59,820 nt of DNA from Bacilli bacterium (GCA_051872535.1 JBJEDY010000023.1:1-59820); one strand, 5' to 3'. Shown: positions 8,902-18,944, counted from the stretch's first letter. Numbers and translations are program-made. The notes: generated by a model not told the origin, from the letters alone.

Positions 8902-10358
8902 TGAAATATATGAATAAAAGTATTGAAGAACTTCATGAATTATTAATTAAAGGTGAAGTTACTCAAGAAGAATTAATTAAAGAATCATTAGAACTATCTA
9001 AAGAAACACAAGATAAATGCAATGCATTTGTTACAATATTAGAAGATGCAAAACCTGGAGAATTAACAGATAACTTATTATCAGGAATTCCTTTTGGTAT
9101 AAAAGATAACTATTCCACAAAAGGAATCTTATCTACAGGATCTAGTAATACATTAAAAGATTACGTTCCATTCTTTGATGCAACTGCAGTAGCTAAGTTA
9201 AAAGCTGCAGGTGCTATTCCAGTAAACAAAACAGCTATGGATGAATTCGGTATGGGTGGAACAGGAACAACTGCTCATACAGGAATTCAAAAAAATCCAT
9301 GGGATACAACAAGAATGTGTGCAGGATCTTCATCAGGTTCAGCTGCTGCAGTAGCTAGTGGAGTTTATCCTTATGCTCTAGGTAGTGATACAGGAGATTC
9401 TATAAGAAAACCGGCTGCTTACTGTGGTATAGTTGGATATAAGCCAACATATGGAATGATTTCCAGATATGGATTATTTGCCTTTGCTTCTAGTTTAGAC
9501 CATTGTGGTGTATTAACAAGAAGTGTTAAAGATGCGGCAATAGTAGTAGATAATATGAAAGGTAAAGATATAAATGATATGACTTCTTGGGATTCAAGTG
9601 ATATTCATTTATATAAAGATTTAACAAATAATGTTAATGGTAAAAAATTATTTTATATTAAAGAACTATGTGATATTGAAAACTATAATAATCCAAGTGA
9701 AGAACTTAAACAACATTTAAATAATTTTAAAGAAACAATAAGAAAATGTGAAAGTATTGGTATAACTGTTGATGCAGTTTCTATAGATAAAAAACTATTA
9801 GAAGCCATCCCTTCAGTATATGTAGTTATTTCTTGTGCTGAAGCAACTTCAAATATGTCTAATTTAACTGGATTCATCTTCGGACCAAGAGGAGAAGGTA
9901 AAGACTATCAAGAAATGATGAAAGATCATAGAACTAAAGGATTCTCGCCATTAATCAAAAGAAGATTTATAATTGGATCTTATGTATTACAATCGGAAAA
10001 CCAAGATAGATATTTTAAAAATGCTCAAAGAGTTAGAAGACTAATAGTAGACACTATTAAAGAACAATTTAAAAAATATGATGGTTTAATCCTTCCAGTA
10101 GGTACAGGAACTGCAAAGCATTTAGATGGATCAAAAAATATCTTATCAAATGATACTGCAGCTTTAGATGATCATTTACAAATTGGAAACTTTGGTGGAT
10201 TCCCTTCTATTACAATTCCAAACGGATTCATAGAAGGGCTTCCAGTAGGAGTAAATATTACAGGTAATTGTTATGATGATCAAAATGTTTTGAATATTGC
10301 ATATGCTCTTGAAAGTACTATGGAATATAAAGGACAAGTTGCTAAGGAGGTTAAATAA
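8901..10358 (+). CDS. gatA: Asp/Glu-tRNA amidotransferase subunit A
   Basis: 485 aa with the amidase signature GSSSGSAAAVASG and GSDTGDSIRKPA. Its start overlaps the gatC stop. Confidence 0.95.
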   Translation: MKYMNKSIEELHELLIKGEVTQEELIKESLELSKETQDKCNAFVTILEDAKPGELTDNLLSGIPFGIKDNYSTKGILSTGSSNTLKDYVPFFDATAVAKLKAAGAIPVNKTAMDEFGMGGTGTTAHTGIQKNPWDTTRMCAGSSSGSAAAVASGVYPYALGSDTGDSIRKPAAYCGIVGYKPTYGMISRYGLFAFASSLDHCGVLTRSVKDAAIVVDNMKGKDINDMTSWDSSDIHLYKDLTNNVNGKKLFYIKELCDIENYNNPSEELKQHLNNFKETIRKCESIGITVDAVSIDKKLLEAIPSVYVVISCAEATSNMSNLTGFIFGPRGEGKDYQEMMKDHRTKGFSPLIKRRFIIGSYVLQSENQDRYFKNAQRVRRLIVDTIKEQFKKYDGLILPVGTGTAKHLDGSKNILSNDTAALDDHLQIGNFGGFPSITIPNGFIEGLPVGVNITGNCYDDQNVLNIAYALESTMEYKGQVAKEVK

Positions 10359-11797
10359 TGGGAAAATATAAAGTAACAATTGGACTAGAAATGCACTGTG
10401 AAATATCTGAAACAAACTCCAAAGTATTCTCAAGTGCTAAAAACGCATATTCAAGTATTCCAAACTCCAATATTAGACCATTAGATATGGGATTCCCAGG
10501 TACACTTCCTGTATTAAATAAAGAAGCAGTAAGAATGAGTATAATGATGAGTGAAATACTTAATTGTAGACAACCTGAATATATGTATTTTGAAAGAAAA
10601 AATTACTATTACCCAGATATGCCTAAAAACTATCAAATAACTCAAAATCCACCTGAAGATTGTGTAGGTATGGATGGACATATCGATATAATTAGAGAAG
10701 ACGGATCTACATTTACTGTAGGAATAGATAATATTCACTTAGAAGAAGATGCAGCAAGTATGTCACATTTATACGATACTTCAGTAATTGATTACAATAG
10801 AGCAGGAGTACCTTTACTTGAATTAGTAACTACACCTTGTATTCATTCAGCAGATGATGCTGTAACATTTTTGGAATATATTAGATCTATTTATCAATAT
10901 GCTGGTATATCCGAAGCAGATTCTAAAAAAGGTCAAATAAGATGTGATGTAAATATTTCTATATCTGAAGATGATACTTTCGGAACTAAAGTAGAAATTA
11001 AAAACGTCAATTCTTTTGGTGGAGTTCATGATTCAATAGTATATGAAATTAAAAGACAAAGTGAACTTAAAGATCAAGGCAGATATAATGAAGTTGAACA
11101 AGAAACAAGAAGATGGGATGAGCAAACAGGAACTACAATTCATATGAGAAGTAAAGTAGATGCTATAGATTATAAATACTTTGTAGAACCGAATATACCT
11201 AAATACAAAATCAGTAAAGAATGGATAGAAGAAATAAAAAAAGATATTCCAGTATTACCATATGAAAGAAAAGCAATGTATATAGAAAAATATGGATTAT
11301 CTGAATATGATGCTAAAGTTATCGTTAAAGAAAAAGCAATAGCAGATTATTATGAAAAGTGTTTAGAATTAGGAATTGACCCTAAAACAGCAGCTAACTG
11401 GGTAACAGTAAACATTGTAGGGGAACTAAATAGAGAAGAAATTGAATTAAAGGATTTCTTCTTAACTCCAGAGATGTTAAAACAAATTATTGATCCATTA
11501 GTAAAAGGTACTATTTCTTCTAAACAAGCAAAAGAAATATTTATTAAATCTTTAGAAGAAAAGAAAGAACCTAAATCATTTATAAGTAGTGATACAGTTC
11601 AAATATCTGATGAAAGTGAATTAACAAAAATCATTACTGAAATATTAGATGCTAATCAATCACAAATTGAACAATACAAGAGTGGTAAAGACAACTTATT
11701 TGATTACTTTGTTGGTCAAGTAATGAAAAATACTCGTGGTAAAGCTAATCCAGTTATGACTAAAGATATACTAAATAAGGAACTAGATAAAAGATAA
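10358..11797 (+). CDS. gatB: Asp/Glu-tRNA amidotransferase subunit B
   Basis: 479 aa with the N-terminus IGLEMHCEI and a YqeY-like tail. Its start overlaps the gatA stop. Confidence 0.95.
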   Translation: MGKYKVTIGLEMHCEISETNSKVFSSAKNAYSSIPNSNIRPLDMGFPGTLPVLNKEAVRMSIMMSEILNCRQPEYMYFERKNYYYPDMPKNYQITQNPPEDCVGMDGHIDIIREDGSTFTVGIDNIHLEEDAASMSHLYDTSVIDYNRAGVPLLELVTTPCIHSADDAVTFLEYIRSIYQYAGISEADSKKGQIRCDVNISISEDDTFGTKVEIKNVNSFGGVHDSIVYEIKRQSELKDQGRYNEVEQETRRWDEQTGTTIHMRSKVDAIDYKYFVEPNIPKYKISKEWIEEIKKDIPVLPYERKAMYIEKYGLSEYDAKVIVKEKAIADYYEKCLELGIDPKTAANWVTVNIVGELNREEIELKDFFLTPEMLKQIIDPLVKGTISSKQAKEIFIKSLEEKKEPKSFISSDTVQISDESELTKIITEILDANQSQIEQYKSGKDNLFDYFVGQVMKNTRGKANPVMTKDILNKELDKR

Positions 11798-11809
11798 TCT
11801 AGTTTTTTT
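11783..11809 (+). terminator. Weak intrinsic terminator after gatB
   Basis: CTAGAT (11783-88) pairs with ATCTAG (11797-802) and is followed by T7. The stem is short and AT-rich. Confidence 0.4.
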
Positions 11810-11860
11810 ATTATATTTATGTTATGATATAAAAGATATAATAGAAAAGGTGTTGGTAGT

Positions 11861-13963
11861 ATGTTCGGAAAAATTAAGTTTATTGGTGAAAACATTGCCC
11901 ATGTAACAAAATTAGAAAGTTTAGCTGAAGAAGCAGATTTAATGAATGTTCATGTTGTTTTTGAAGCACCAGATCAAAGAGTATTAGGGGAAGTAGAAGA
12001 AGTCAATGATACTCTTATTAATATTAGATTCCTAGGAGAATTTTTACCTAGTGGTAAATATGTAAGTGGTGTTATTCGTAAACCAGTATTAAATTCAACT
12101 ATAAGACCAATTAATAATGACGAACTAATGGAACTTGTTGGAAAATATGATGAAACTACCTTTAAAATAGGTCAATCATCAATTTATAAAGACTATACAG
12201 TATGTGCAAATATTAATAACTTATTTGCTAATCATATGGCTATATTTGGTAATACTGGATCTGGTAAATCTTGTGGAGTTGCAAGAATTATTCAAAATAT
12301 CTTTGCAAATCAAGCCCTAATATCTTATAATGCTAACATTTTTATCTTTGATGCATATGGTGAATATAAAACTGCATTTAGTAGTATTAATAAATACAAT
12401 AATTCATATAGTTACAAATTTATAACTACTAATCCCCAAGACTCTGATGACTATCCATTACATATTCCATTTCATCTATTAAATTTAGATGATTTAGCTA
12501 TCCTTTTACAAGCAAGCACTCATACACAAATACCAATTCTAGAAAGAGCATTAAAACTAGTTAAGATTTTTTCTAAAAATGATGAAACAGCAATTAAATA
12601 TAAAAATCATTTAATAGCTAAAGCATTAATTGCTATCTTATATAGTAACCAAATAACTGCTAATAAAAAGAATGAAATATTTAAAGTTTTAGAAGTATGT
12701 CATACAGAAGAATTTAACTTTGATAGTACAATACAAGGATTAGGATATACAAGAAGTTTATCTGAATGTTTTGAAATAGATTCTAATGGTAACTTTGGAG
12801 AATCAGTTCTAATCACTGATTACATTCTTAAACATATAGATGAAAACTTAGAAATGACAGAAGAACCTAATAATTGTTTTTATTCATTAAAAGATTACCA
12901 AAACGCATTAGAATTTACCTTAATTAGTGAGGGATTTCAAAATAATAAAGAATTATATGACGATGCAATGATTATGAAAGTAAGACTTAACTCTATCATT
13001 AATAGTCGTATTTCGGAAATATATAAATGGGATGAATATATCTCAACTGAGCAATTTGTAACTAATTTAGTAGCAAAAGGAGAAAAGAAATCCCAAATTA
13101 TTAATATTAATTTAGAAGATTTAGATGATACATATGCCAAAATCACAGTAAAAATTTTTGCAAGAGTTTTCTTTGAATTTGCTAAGACACTAAAAAATAG
13201 GGCAACTATACCATTTCATTTATTTTTAGAAGAAGCACATAGATATGTTCAAAAAGATAATGACGTCTTCCTAATTGGATATAATATATTTGATCGTATA
13301 GCTAAAGAAGGACGTAAATATGGAGTATTATTAAATATAATATCACAAAGACCAGTTGAATTATCTGATACAGTCATTGCTCAATGTTCAAATTTCTTAA
13401 TATTTAAAATGACCCATCCTAAAGATATTGAATATATAAGAACAATGTTACCTAATATTTCTCAAGATGTAATTGAAAAGCAAAAAATATTACAACCAGG
13501 TAATTGTGTAGGATTTGGTAGTGCCTTTAAATTACCAATGATTATCAAAATGGAAATGCCTAATCCAGCTCCTAATAGCAACTCATGTGATGTTAATAAT
13601 TGTTGGAAGATAAACGATAGTCAAGTTAGAGAAACTTCAACTATCGAGCGAGAAAATCGAAATAATTTAAATATTGAAGAAACTAATTATTCTGAAACAG
13701 TTCCAAGTGAAGAAGCAAAACCTAACTCAACTATAGAACCAATAGAGTTTATAGATAAGTTAGAAGCTATTGACTTTGATTTACCTAAAGAATCAGAAAT
13801 AGTTTCCAATAATATAGAACAGCCAAAAGTTGTTGAAGAACTAAACCCATCAATCGGAAATATTAATCAACCAATCAATAATACAACTATAAAACCAGAT
13901 CTAATGCCACCATTACATAGAAATATTGAAGACGCTAAAGATCCATCTATATTTGCCGATTAA
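11861..13963 (+). CDS. HerA/FtsK-superfamily (DUF87-like) ATPase with a low-complexity C-terminal tail
   Basis: 700 aa. It has an N-terminal HAS-barrel-like region, Walker A GNTGSGKSCG, Walker B-like HLFLEEAHRY and IISQRP. The last ~130 aa are N/E/P/S-rich. Confidence 0.7.
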   Translation: MFGKIKFIGENIAHVTKLESLAEEADLMNVHVVFEAPDQRVLGEVEEVNDTLINIRFLGEFLPSGKYVSGVIRKPVLNSTIRPINNDELMELVGKYDETTFKIGQSSIYKDYTVCANINNLFANHMAIFGNTGSGKSCGVARIIQNIFANQALISYNANIFIFDAYGEYKTAFSSINKYNNSYSYKFITTNPQDSDDYPLHIPFHLLNLDDLAILLQASTHTQIPILERALKLVKIFSKNDETAIKYKNHLIAKALIAILYSNQITANKKNEIFKVLEVCHTEEFNFDSTIQGLGYTRSLSECFEIDSNGNFGESVLITDYILKHIDENLEMTEEPNNCFYSLKDYQNALEFTLISEGFQNNKELYDDAMIMKVRLNSIINSRISEIYKWDEYISTEQFVTNLVAKGEKKSQIININLEDLDDTYAKITVKIFARVFFEFAKTLKNRATIPFHLFLEEAHRYVQKDNDVFLIGYNIFDRIAKEGRKYGVLLNIISQRPVELSDTVIAQCSNFLIFKMTHPKDIEYIRTMLPNISQDVIEKQKILQPGNCVGFGSAFKLPMIIKMEMPNPAPNSNSCDVNNCWKINDSQVRETSTIERENRNNLNIEETNYSETVPSEEAKPNSTIEPIEFIDKLEAIDFDLPKESEIVSNNIEQPKVVEELNPSIGNINQPINNTTIKPDLMPPLHRNIEDAKDPSIFAD

Positions 13964-13994
13964 GAAATAGTATCTTGACTATTTCTTTCTTTTT
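13964..13994 (+). terminator. Putative terminator after the HerA-like gene
   Basis: GAAATAG (13964-70) pairs with CTATTTC (13979-85) and is followed by a T-rich run. It overlaps the -35 of the 6S promoter. Confidence 0.45.
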
Positions 13995-14002
13995 GTTATA
14001 AT
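13975..14002 (+). promoter_or_regulatory. Promoter of the 6S RNA
   Basis: TTGACT (13975-80), a 16-nt spacer, then an extended -10 TGTTATAAT (13994-14002). Confidence 0.55.
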
Positions 14003-14008
14003 TAAATT

Positions 14009-14183
14009 AACCAGTAGGAATAAATAGTTTGTCAATATAAAACCGAGTAAGTGATTATTGGGAACCTAATTGGACTGTGGTGTTGAATAACGTGTCATTG
14101 ACACGGGCTCCTAAAACAGTTCATGTGGTACCCACCTGCAGCGAGCGGGTTTTTATCACAACAAACTATCCTACTGGTTTTTC
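14009..14183 (+). ncRNA. ssrS: 6S RNA (SsrS / BsrA-like)
   Basis: A ~175-nt rod. The closing stem pairs CCAGTAGGA..TAGTTTGT (14011-32) with ACAAACTATCCTACTGG (14161-77), and a second stem pairs ATAAAACCG with CGGGTTTTTAT. There are central asymmetric bulges, an apical hairpin CGTGTC-ATTG-ACACG and a 3' T-run. It lies between the aspS/gat genes and tcdA, where B. subtilis 6S-1 sits. Confidence 0.65.
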
Positions 14184-14208
14184 TATTTAATAAGCTAAGG
14201 TGAAATTT

Positions 14209-14886
14209 ATGTTTGAAAGATTAGAAAAAATTCTTAACAACAATGAAATAAACGCTATTCAAAATCTTAATATTTTAATTATTGGAATAGGTGGAGTAGG
14301 TGGGTATGCCCTTGAAACACTTGTAAGAATGGGCGTTAAAAACATTACTATTGCTGATTATGATATAGTTGATATAACTAATTTAAATCGACAAATAATA
14401 GCTACTAATAACACGATTGGAAAATATAAAGTCGATGTAGCTAAAGAAAGAGCATTAAGCATTAATCCAAACATAAATATAAATATAATAAAAGATAATA
14501 TAAATAAAGATAACTACTTAGACCTATTTGAAAACTCATATAGCTATGTTATAGATGCATGTGACACAATTACTACAAAAGTACTTTTAATTGAATATTG
14601 CACCTTAAATAATATAAAAATAATATCATGTATGGGTACAGGTAACAGATTAGATCCTACAAAATTAGAAATAACAGATATTTGGAAAACTAATAACGAT
14701 CCTTTAGCTAAAGTAATGAGAAAACTTTTAAAGGAAAGAAATATCAAAGAGAAAGTACCAGTAATATGTAGTAAAGAATTACCTATAAAAATAGGTGATA
14801 GAACACCGGGATCTACATCTTTAGTACCATCAGTAGCTGGGATATATATTAGTAGTTATATAATAAATAAAACTTTGGGGGAATAA
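14209..14886 (+). CDS. tcdA: tRNA threonylcarbamoyladenosine dehydratase (ThiF/E1-like, YrvM)
   Basis: A Rossmann motif IIGIGGVGG plus NLNRQ and DACD motifs. The ATG at 14209 follows AAGGTGA; the track start at 14200 is a GTG inside the SD. Confidence 0.8.
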   Translation: MFERLEKILNNNEINAIQNLNILIIGIGGVGGYALETLVRMGVKNITIADYDIVDITNLNRQIIATNNTIGKYKVDVAKERALSINPNININIIKDNINKDNYLDLFENSYSYVIDACDTITTKVLLIEYCTLNNIKIISCMGTGNRLDPTKLEITDIWKTNNDPLAKVMRKLLKERNIKEKVPVICSKELPIKIGDRTPGSTSLVPSVAGIYISSYIINKTLGE

Positions 14887-14889
14887 AAA

Positions 14890-15588
14890 ATGATCGAAGA
14901 TACTTACATTTTTAATACAAATGAAGAATTAGATAGTTATTTTACAGCTGAATTCTTATCTATTGATAATCAATTAAAAGAAAATGAGGAAGAAAAAATT
15001 ACAAATAAAGATTATCAAATAGGATTATATTCCGTAATAAATAAAGATTTAAAAGAAGTTACTAAATTAGGAAAATCGATGGAAAAGTCTATGAAAAAAT
15101 CAAATTGTAATATTTGTTTATACACAATTCTAAATAAAATCTTCAATAATCCAGATTATACTGATTTTATTGAAGACAATGAAGCATACCTAAAAATAGT
15201 AGATAGAATACATTTATATTTAGTTACAGTAAATAATATGTTAGCATCATTAACTTATTATTTAGTAAATCATAAATATGAAGTAGAAGAAGAAACATCT
15301 AAATATATATTTGCATTATGGAGATTAATAATGCAAGCATATGGAAATATACAAGTATTAATAGAAGAAGAAATGAAAAGATATGAATATGCCGGTAAAG
15401 GAATATCTTACTTTGGTAAATATGAAATAAATATAGAATATATATTCTCCTACATATTTGTTCAAATGAAAAATGTGGGGATAATAGAAGAAATAAAACA
15501 ATACTTTAAAGATAGTTTTGGCGAAGATTATTACATTCTTAAAATGATCAAGGAGAATAATAATAACTTATTTATAGGATTTAAATAA
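14890..15588 (+). CDS. Hypothetical protein
   Basis: A 232-aa ORF beginning 3 nt after tcdA. No motif was recognised. Confidence 0.55.
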   Translation: MIEDTYIFNTNEELDSYFTAEFLSIDNQLKENEEEKITNKDYQIGLYSVINKDLKEVTKLGKSMEKSMKKSNCNICLYTILNKIFNNPDYTDFIEDNEAYLKIVDRIHLYLVTVNNMLASLTYYLVNHKYEVEEETSKYIFALWRLIMQAYGNIQVLIEEEMKRYEYAGKGISYFGKYEINIEYIFSYIFVQMKNVGIIEEIKQYFKDSFGEDYYILKMIKENNNNLFIGFK

Positions 15589-15614
15589 AAGCTGGTAATT
15601 ATACCAGCTTTTTT
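15588..15614. terminator. Bidirectional terminator between convergent genes
   Basis: AAAGCTGGTA (15588-97) pairs with TACCAGCTTT (15602-11). It is flanked by A/T runs. Confidence 0.75.
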
Positions 15615-15617
15615 ATA

Positions 15618-16592
15618 CTACTTTTTCATTAAAAACTCACTTAGTTTGGAAGGATCTTCATTCTTCATAACTATTTTATAAATTAAATCTATTACAGGCA
15701 TCTTAATCTTCTTTTTGCGAAGTAGAATATAGATACTTTTTAAAGTATAATATCCTTCAACTGTAGTAGTATTTAAATACTCATTTGCTTCATCATATTT
15801 TCCTTCACCAAGTAATATCCCATAACTATAATTTCTAGATTTAGTACTTGTAGCAGTCATTAATAAATCACCAACTCCAGCAAATGATAAAATAGTATTT
15901 TTATTTCCTCCTAAACCATTAATTAATTCTTTTATGTCATGTAAAGATTCAGTTAATAAAAAACTTCTAGTAGATTCACTGTAACCTAACCCTTCTAATA
16001 TACCACTTGCTACAGCTATAACATTTTTAATAGCACCACATAATTCTATGCCAATAACGTCCTTAGTTTCTCTTAATTTAATATTAGTATTTTTATAAAT
16101 ACCTTTTACTATACTAATTGTATTTTTATTAGGAGATGCAATTGATAATCCAATAGGTTCTAAATTAGCTATATCTATAGCAAAAGAAGGCCCAGATATT
16201 ACTGCATAATTCTTAGTTTTAATATTAGTTAAGAATACTTCATGAATAAATCTACAACTACCTTGTTCAATACCTTTACTTCCTATAACAAATTGCATAT
16301 CTTTAGTTATATAAGGTATCATATCATTACATACACTACTAACAAACTTAGCAGCACACATGATAAACACTATTTTAGCTCCATTTAGAGCTTCTTCATA
16401 TGAAGTAGTAAACTTTATTCTATCATTAAGTTTGATTGCTCCTAAAGGCTCAAAAGACCCCCTAGAAGCTTCTAATCTATTTAAAGACTCTTCAGATTCA
16501 CTCCACATAATAATATCGTTATTCTTATTTTGTAATAAACTATTAGCCATTGCTATACCATACACACCAGTACCAATGATTGCTATCTTCAT
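15618..16592 (-). CDS. gpsA: NAD(P)H-dependent glycerol-3-phosphate dehydrogenase
   Basis: MKIAIIGTGVYG Rossmann start and GAIKNVIAVASG. The ATG at 16592 follows AAAGGTGG; the track start is a GTG inside the SD. Confidence 0.9.
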   Translation of the reverse strand: MKIAIIGTGVYGIAMANSLLQNKNNDIIMWSESEESLNRLEASRGSFEPLGAIKLNDRIKFTTSYEEALNGAKIVFIMCAAKFVSSVCNDMIPYITKDMQFVIGSKGIEQGSCRFIHEVFLTNIKTKNYAVISGPSFAIDIANLEPIGLSIASPNKNTISIVKGIYKNTNIKLRETKDVIGIELCGAIKNVIAVASGILEGLGYSESTRSFLLTESLHDIKELINGLGGNKNTILSFAGVGDLLMTATSTKSRNYSYGILLGEGKYDEANEYLNTTTVEGYYTLKSIYILLRKKKIKMPVIDLIYKIVMKNEDPSKLSEFLMKK

Positions 16593-16593
16593 A

Positions 16594-17793
16594 CTATTTA
16601 CCACCTTTCATTTCTGTATGTATTTTATTTAAATTAGCTTCTATTTTATTATTCCTAGGTACATAATACTTTTTCCCTTTTAAATTCTCTGGCATATAAT
16701 TTTGTTTAACCCAAGAATTTTTATAATTATGAGGATATAAATATTCCTTACTAGTAGTTTTAATATTGTCAGGAACATTTCCGGTATTTCCTTTTCTTAT
16801 ATCTTCTAAAGCAGCATCAAGAGCCACATGAGCACTATTACTTTTAGGACTTAAAGCCATCTCTGTAACAAGTGTTCCAAGAGGTATCCTAGCTTCAGGA
16901 AGTCCAACTAACTCACTAGCATGAATAGCAGCCATTACTTTAGGTCCAATTCCAGGATTAGCAAGTCCTATGTCTTCATATGCAATTACACTAAGTCTTC
17001 TATAAATACTATCTAAATCTCCAACTTCAATAAGTCTTGCTAAATAATGCAAAGATGCATCTACATCACTGCCACGTATACTTTTTTGTAATGCACTTAA
17101 TACATCATAATGACCATCTTCATCATGATCATGAAATAATACTGGTTTACTATGAATATTTTTCATTACTTCAATATTAATATTGTGATTAGTAGTAGAG
17201 TAGTAAGCTATTTCTAAAAGATTTAAAGCACTTCGAAAATCACCAGATGACGCTGTGGCGATAAATTTTAATGAATCATCGTCAATTTTAATATCCTTTA
17301 AATATTTAATCGCATTTTTAAGACCTTTAATAATATCATCTTTAGTTAGTTCATGCAATTCAAATATTTGACAACGACTACGAATAGCTGGGTTAATTTT
17401 ATGATAAGGATTACTAGTTGTAAGGCCAATTAAAGTAATTAAACCAGATTCAACATAAGGAAGTAATAAATCTTGTTTATCTTTATTTAAACGATGTATT
17501 TCATCCATTATTAAAACCATTCCACCATACATTTTAGCTTCTTCAATTACAATATCAAAATCTTGTTTATTATTAATTGTTGCATTTAAAAAACGATAAT
17601 TTATATCTAAAGAATTAACAATAGCATTAGCGATACTTGTTTTCCCTATACCTGGTTTACCATATAAAATAATACTAACTAAATGTTTATTCTTTACCAA
17701 ATTAGATAAAACCTTATTTTTTCCGACTAAATGATCTTGACCTATGATATCTTCTAATTTCTTTGGTCTTAATTTATCTGCAAGTATTTCCAT
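16594..17793 (-). CDS. rarA: Replication-associated recombination protein A (AAA+ MgsA/RarA)
   Basis: 399 aa with Walker A GKPGIGKTS, Walker B LIMDEIHR and the C-terminal MgsA domain (HYDVLSALQKSIRGSD). Confidence 0.9.
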   Translation of the reverse strand: MEILADKLRPKKLEDIIGQDHLVGKNKVLSNLVKNKHLVSIILYGKPGIGKTSIANAIVNSLDINYRFLNATINNKQDFDIVIEEAKMYGGMVLIMDEIHRLNKDKQDLLLPYVESGLITLIGLTTSNPYHKINPAIRSRCQIFELHELTKDDIIKGLKNAIKYLKDIKIDDDSLKFIATASSGDFRSALNLLEIAYYSTTNHNINIEVMKNIHSKPVLFHDHDEDGHYDVLSALQKSIRGSDVDASLHYLARLIEVGDLDSIYRRLSVIAYEDIGLANPGIGPKVMAAIHASELVGLPEARIPLGTLVTEMALSPKSNSAHVALDAALEDIRKGNTGNVPDNIKTTSKEYLYPHNYKNSWVKQNYMPENLKGKKYYVPRNNKIEANLNKIHTEMKGGK

Positions 17794-17854
17794 CTTTTTT
17801 CACCACTTTAATTATAACATATATGTTATAATTAAGATATAGAAGGTGTCCTAT

Positions 17855-18751
17855 ATGAAGAAATTACCCGAATATAAATATAGTGAATATATCGATAAAT
17901 ATTTTGATTATCTAGAATTTGAAAAAAAACTTTCCCCAAATACAATAGCATCATACAAAAACGATTTAAAATCTTTTGATATGTACTTCAATCACAAAAT
18001 AATTAACTTAAATTATGAAAACATCAATAAGTATCTAAAAAGTGAAAGTAAACTAAGTTCAAGAAGCTTGGCTCATCAAATAACCGTTATAAATTCACTA
18101 TATGAATTTTTAATTACTGATGGTTATACTACTAGTAATCCTTGTGAGAACATTATTTCTCCAAAACTCGAAAAGAAACTACCTGTATATTTAACTGAAG
18201 AGGATATTAATAAAATCTTAGATGTCGATTTTAATACTATTTACGACTATCGTAATAAAGCTATGTTAGAATTATTATATGCCACAGGATTAAGAATCAG
18301 TGAATTATTAAATCTAAAAATAAATGATATTGATTATAAAGAAGGTTTTGTTAGAATAATAGGGAAGGGGAAGAAAGAACGGATAATACCAATTGGTGAT
18401 ATTGCTTTAAAACATTTAACTATATATTTACAAAAATATCGTTATGAGTTATTAAAAAATAAAACAAGTGATTATATATTCATTTCTAATGCTTGCACCA
18501 AAATGACTCGTCAAGGATTTTTTAAAATAATTAAAAACCAATGTAAAAAGAAGGGAATAGATAAAGAAATATCTCCTCATACAATAAGGCATTCCTTTGC
18601 TACTCATTTATTAGCTCATGGAGCAGATTTAAGAATTATTCAAGAATTATTAGGTCATGAAGATATTTCAACAACTCAAATATATACACACGTTATAAAT
18701 GAAAAATTAAAAAATGATTATCAAAAACATCCAAGAAGTAGAGTAAAATAA
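17855..18751 (+). CDS. xerD: Tyrosine recombinase of the XerC/XerD family
   Basis: 298 aa with N-terminal SAM-like LSPNTIASYKNDL and catalytic ATGLRISEL, HTIRHSFATHLL and LGHEDISTTQIYTHV. The ATG at 17855 follows GAAGGTG. Confidence 0.8.
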   Translation: MKKLPEYKYSEYIDKYFDYLEFEKKLSPNTIASYKNDLKSFDMYFNHKIINLNYENINKYLKSESKLSSRSLAHQITVINSLYEFLITDGYTTSNPCENIISPKLEKKLPVYLTEEDINKILDVDFNTIYDYRNKAMLELLYATGLRISELLNLKINDIDYKEGFVRIIGKGKKERIIPIGDIALKHLTIYLQKYRYELLKNKTSDYIFISNACTKMTRQGFFKIIKNQCKKKGIDKEISPHTIRHSFATHLLAHGADLRIIQELLGHEDISTTQIYTHVINEKLKNDYQKHPRSRVK

Positions 18752-18777
18752 AAAAGACTATCTAAATAGTCTTTTTT
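18752..18777. terminator. Bidirectional terminator (xerD / small basic ORF)
   Basis: AAAAGACTAT pairs with ATAGTCTTTT as a perfect 10-bp stem with a 4-nt loop. Confidence 0.75.
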
Positions 18778-18781
18778 ATAA

Positions 18782-18925
18782 TTACATTTCTTTATTTTCT
18801 CTATTGCTTCTAGAACTTTTATTTGTTCTTGAGCTACTTGCAGAGTTATTAGCTTTATTGCGTTTAGATTCAATTCTATTAGCTTGTTGCTTATTAGCTC
18901 TACTTGATTTATTTGCTTTATTCAT
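18782..18925 (-). CDS. 47-aa highly basic N/S/K/R-rich protein (minor SASP-like?)
   Basis: Hand translation: MNKANKSSRANKQQANRIESKRNKANNSASSSRTNKSSRSNRENKEM. A strong SD AGGAGGT lies 7 nt upstream. The ORF is below the track's length cutoff. Confidence 0.45.
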   Translation of the reverse strand: MNKANKSSRANKQQANRIESKRNKANNSASSSRTNKSSRSNRENKEM

Positions 18926-18944
18926 AATTCTTACCTCCTATTAC

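Noticed and set aside
17855-18751. The tyrosine recombinase as a marker of a prophage or integrative element
   Set aside because: It has XerC/D-type length and motifs. Its neighbours are housekeeping genes, no att-like repeats or phage genes flank it, and a canonical dif is nearby.
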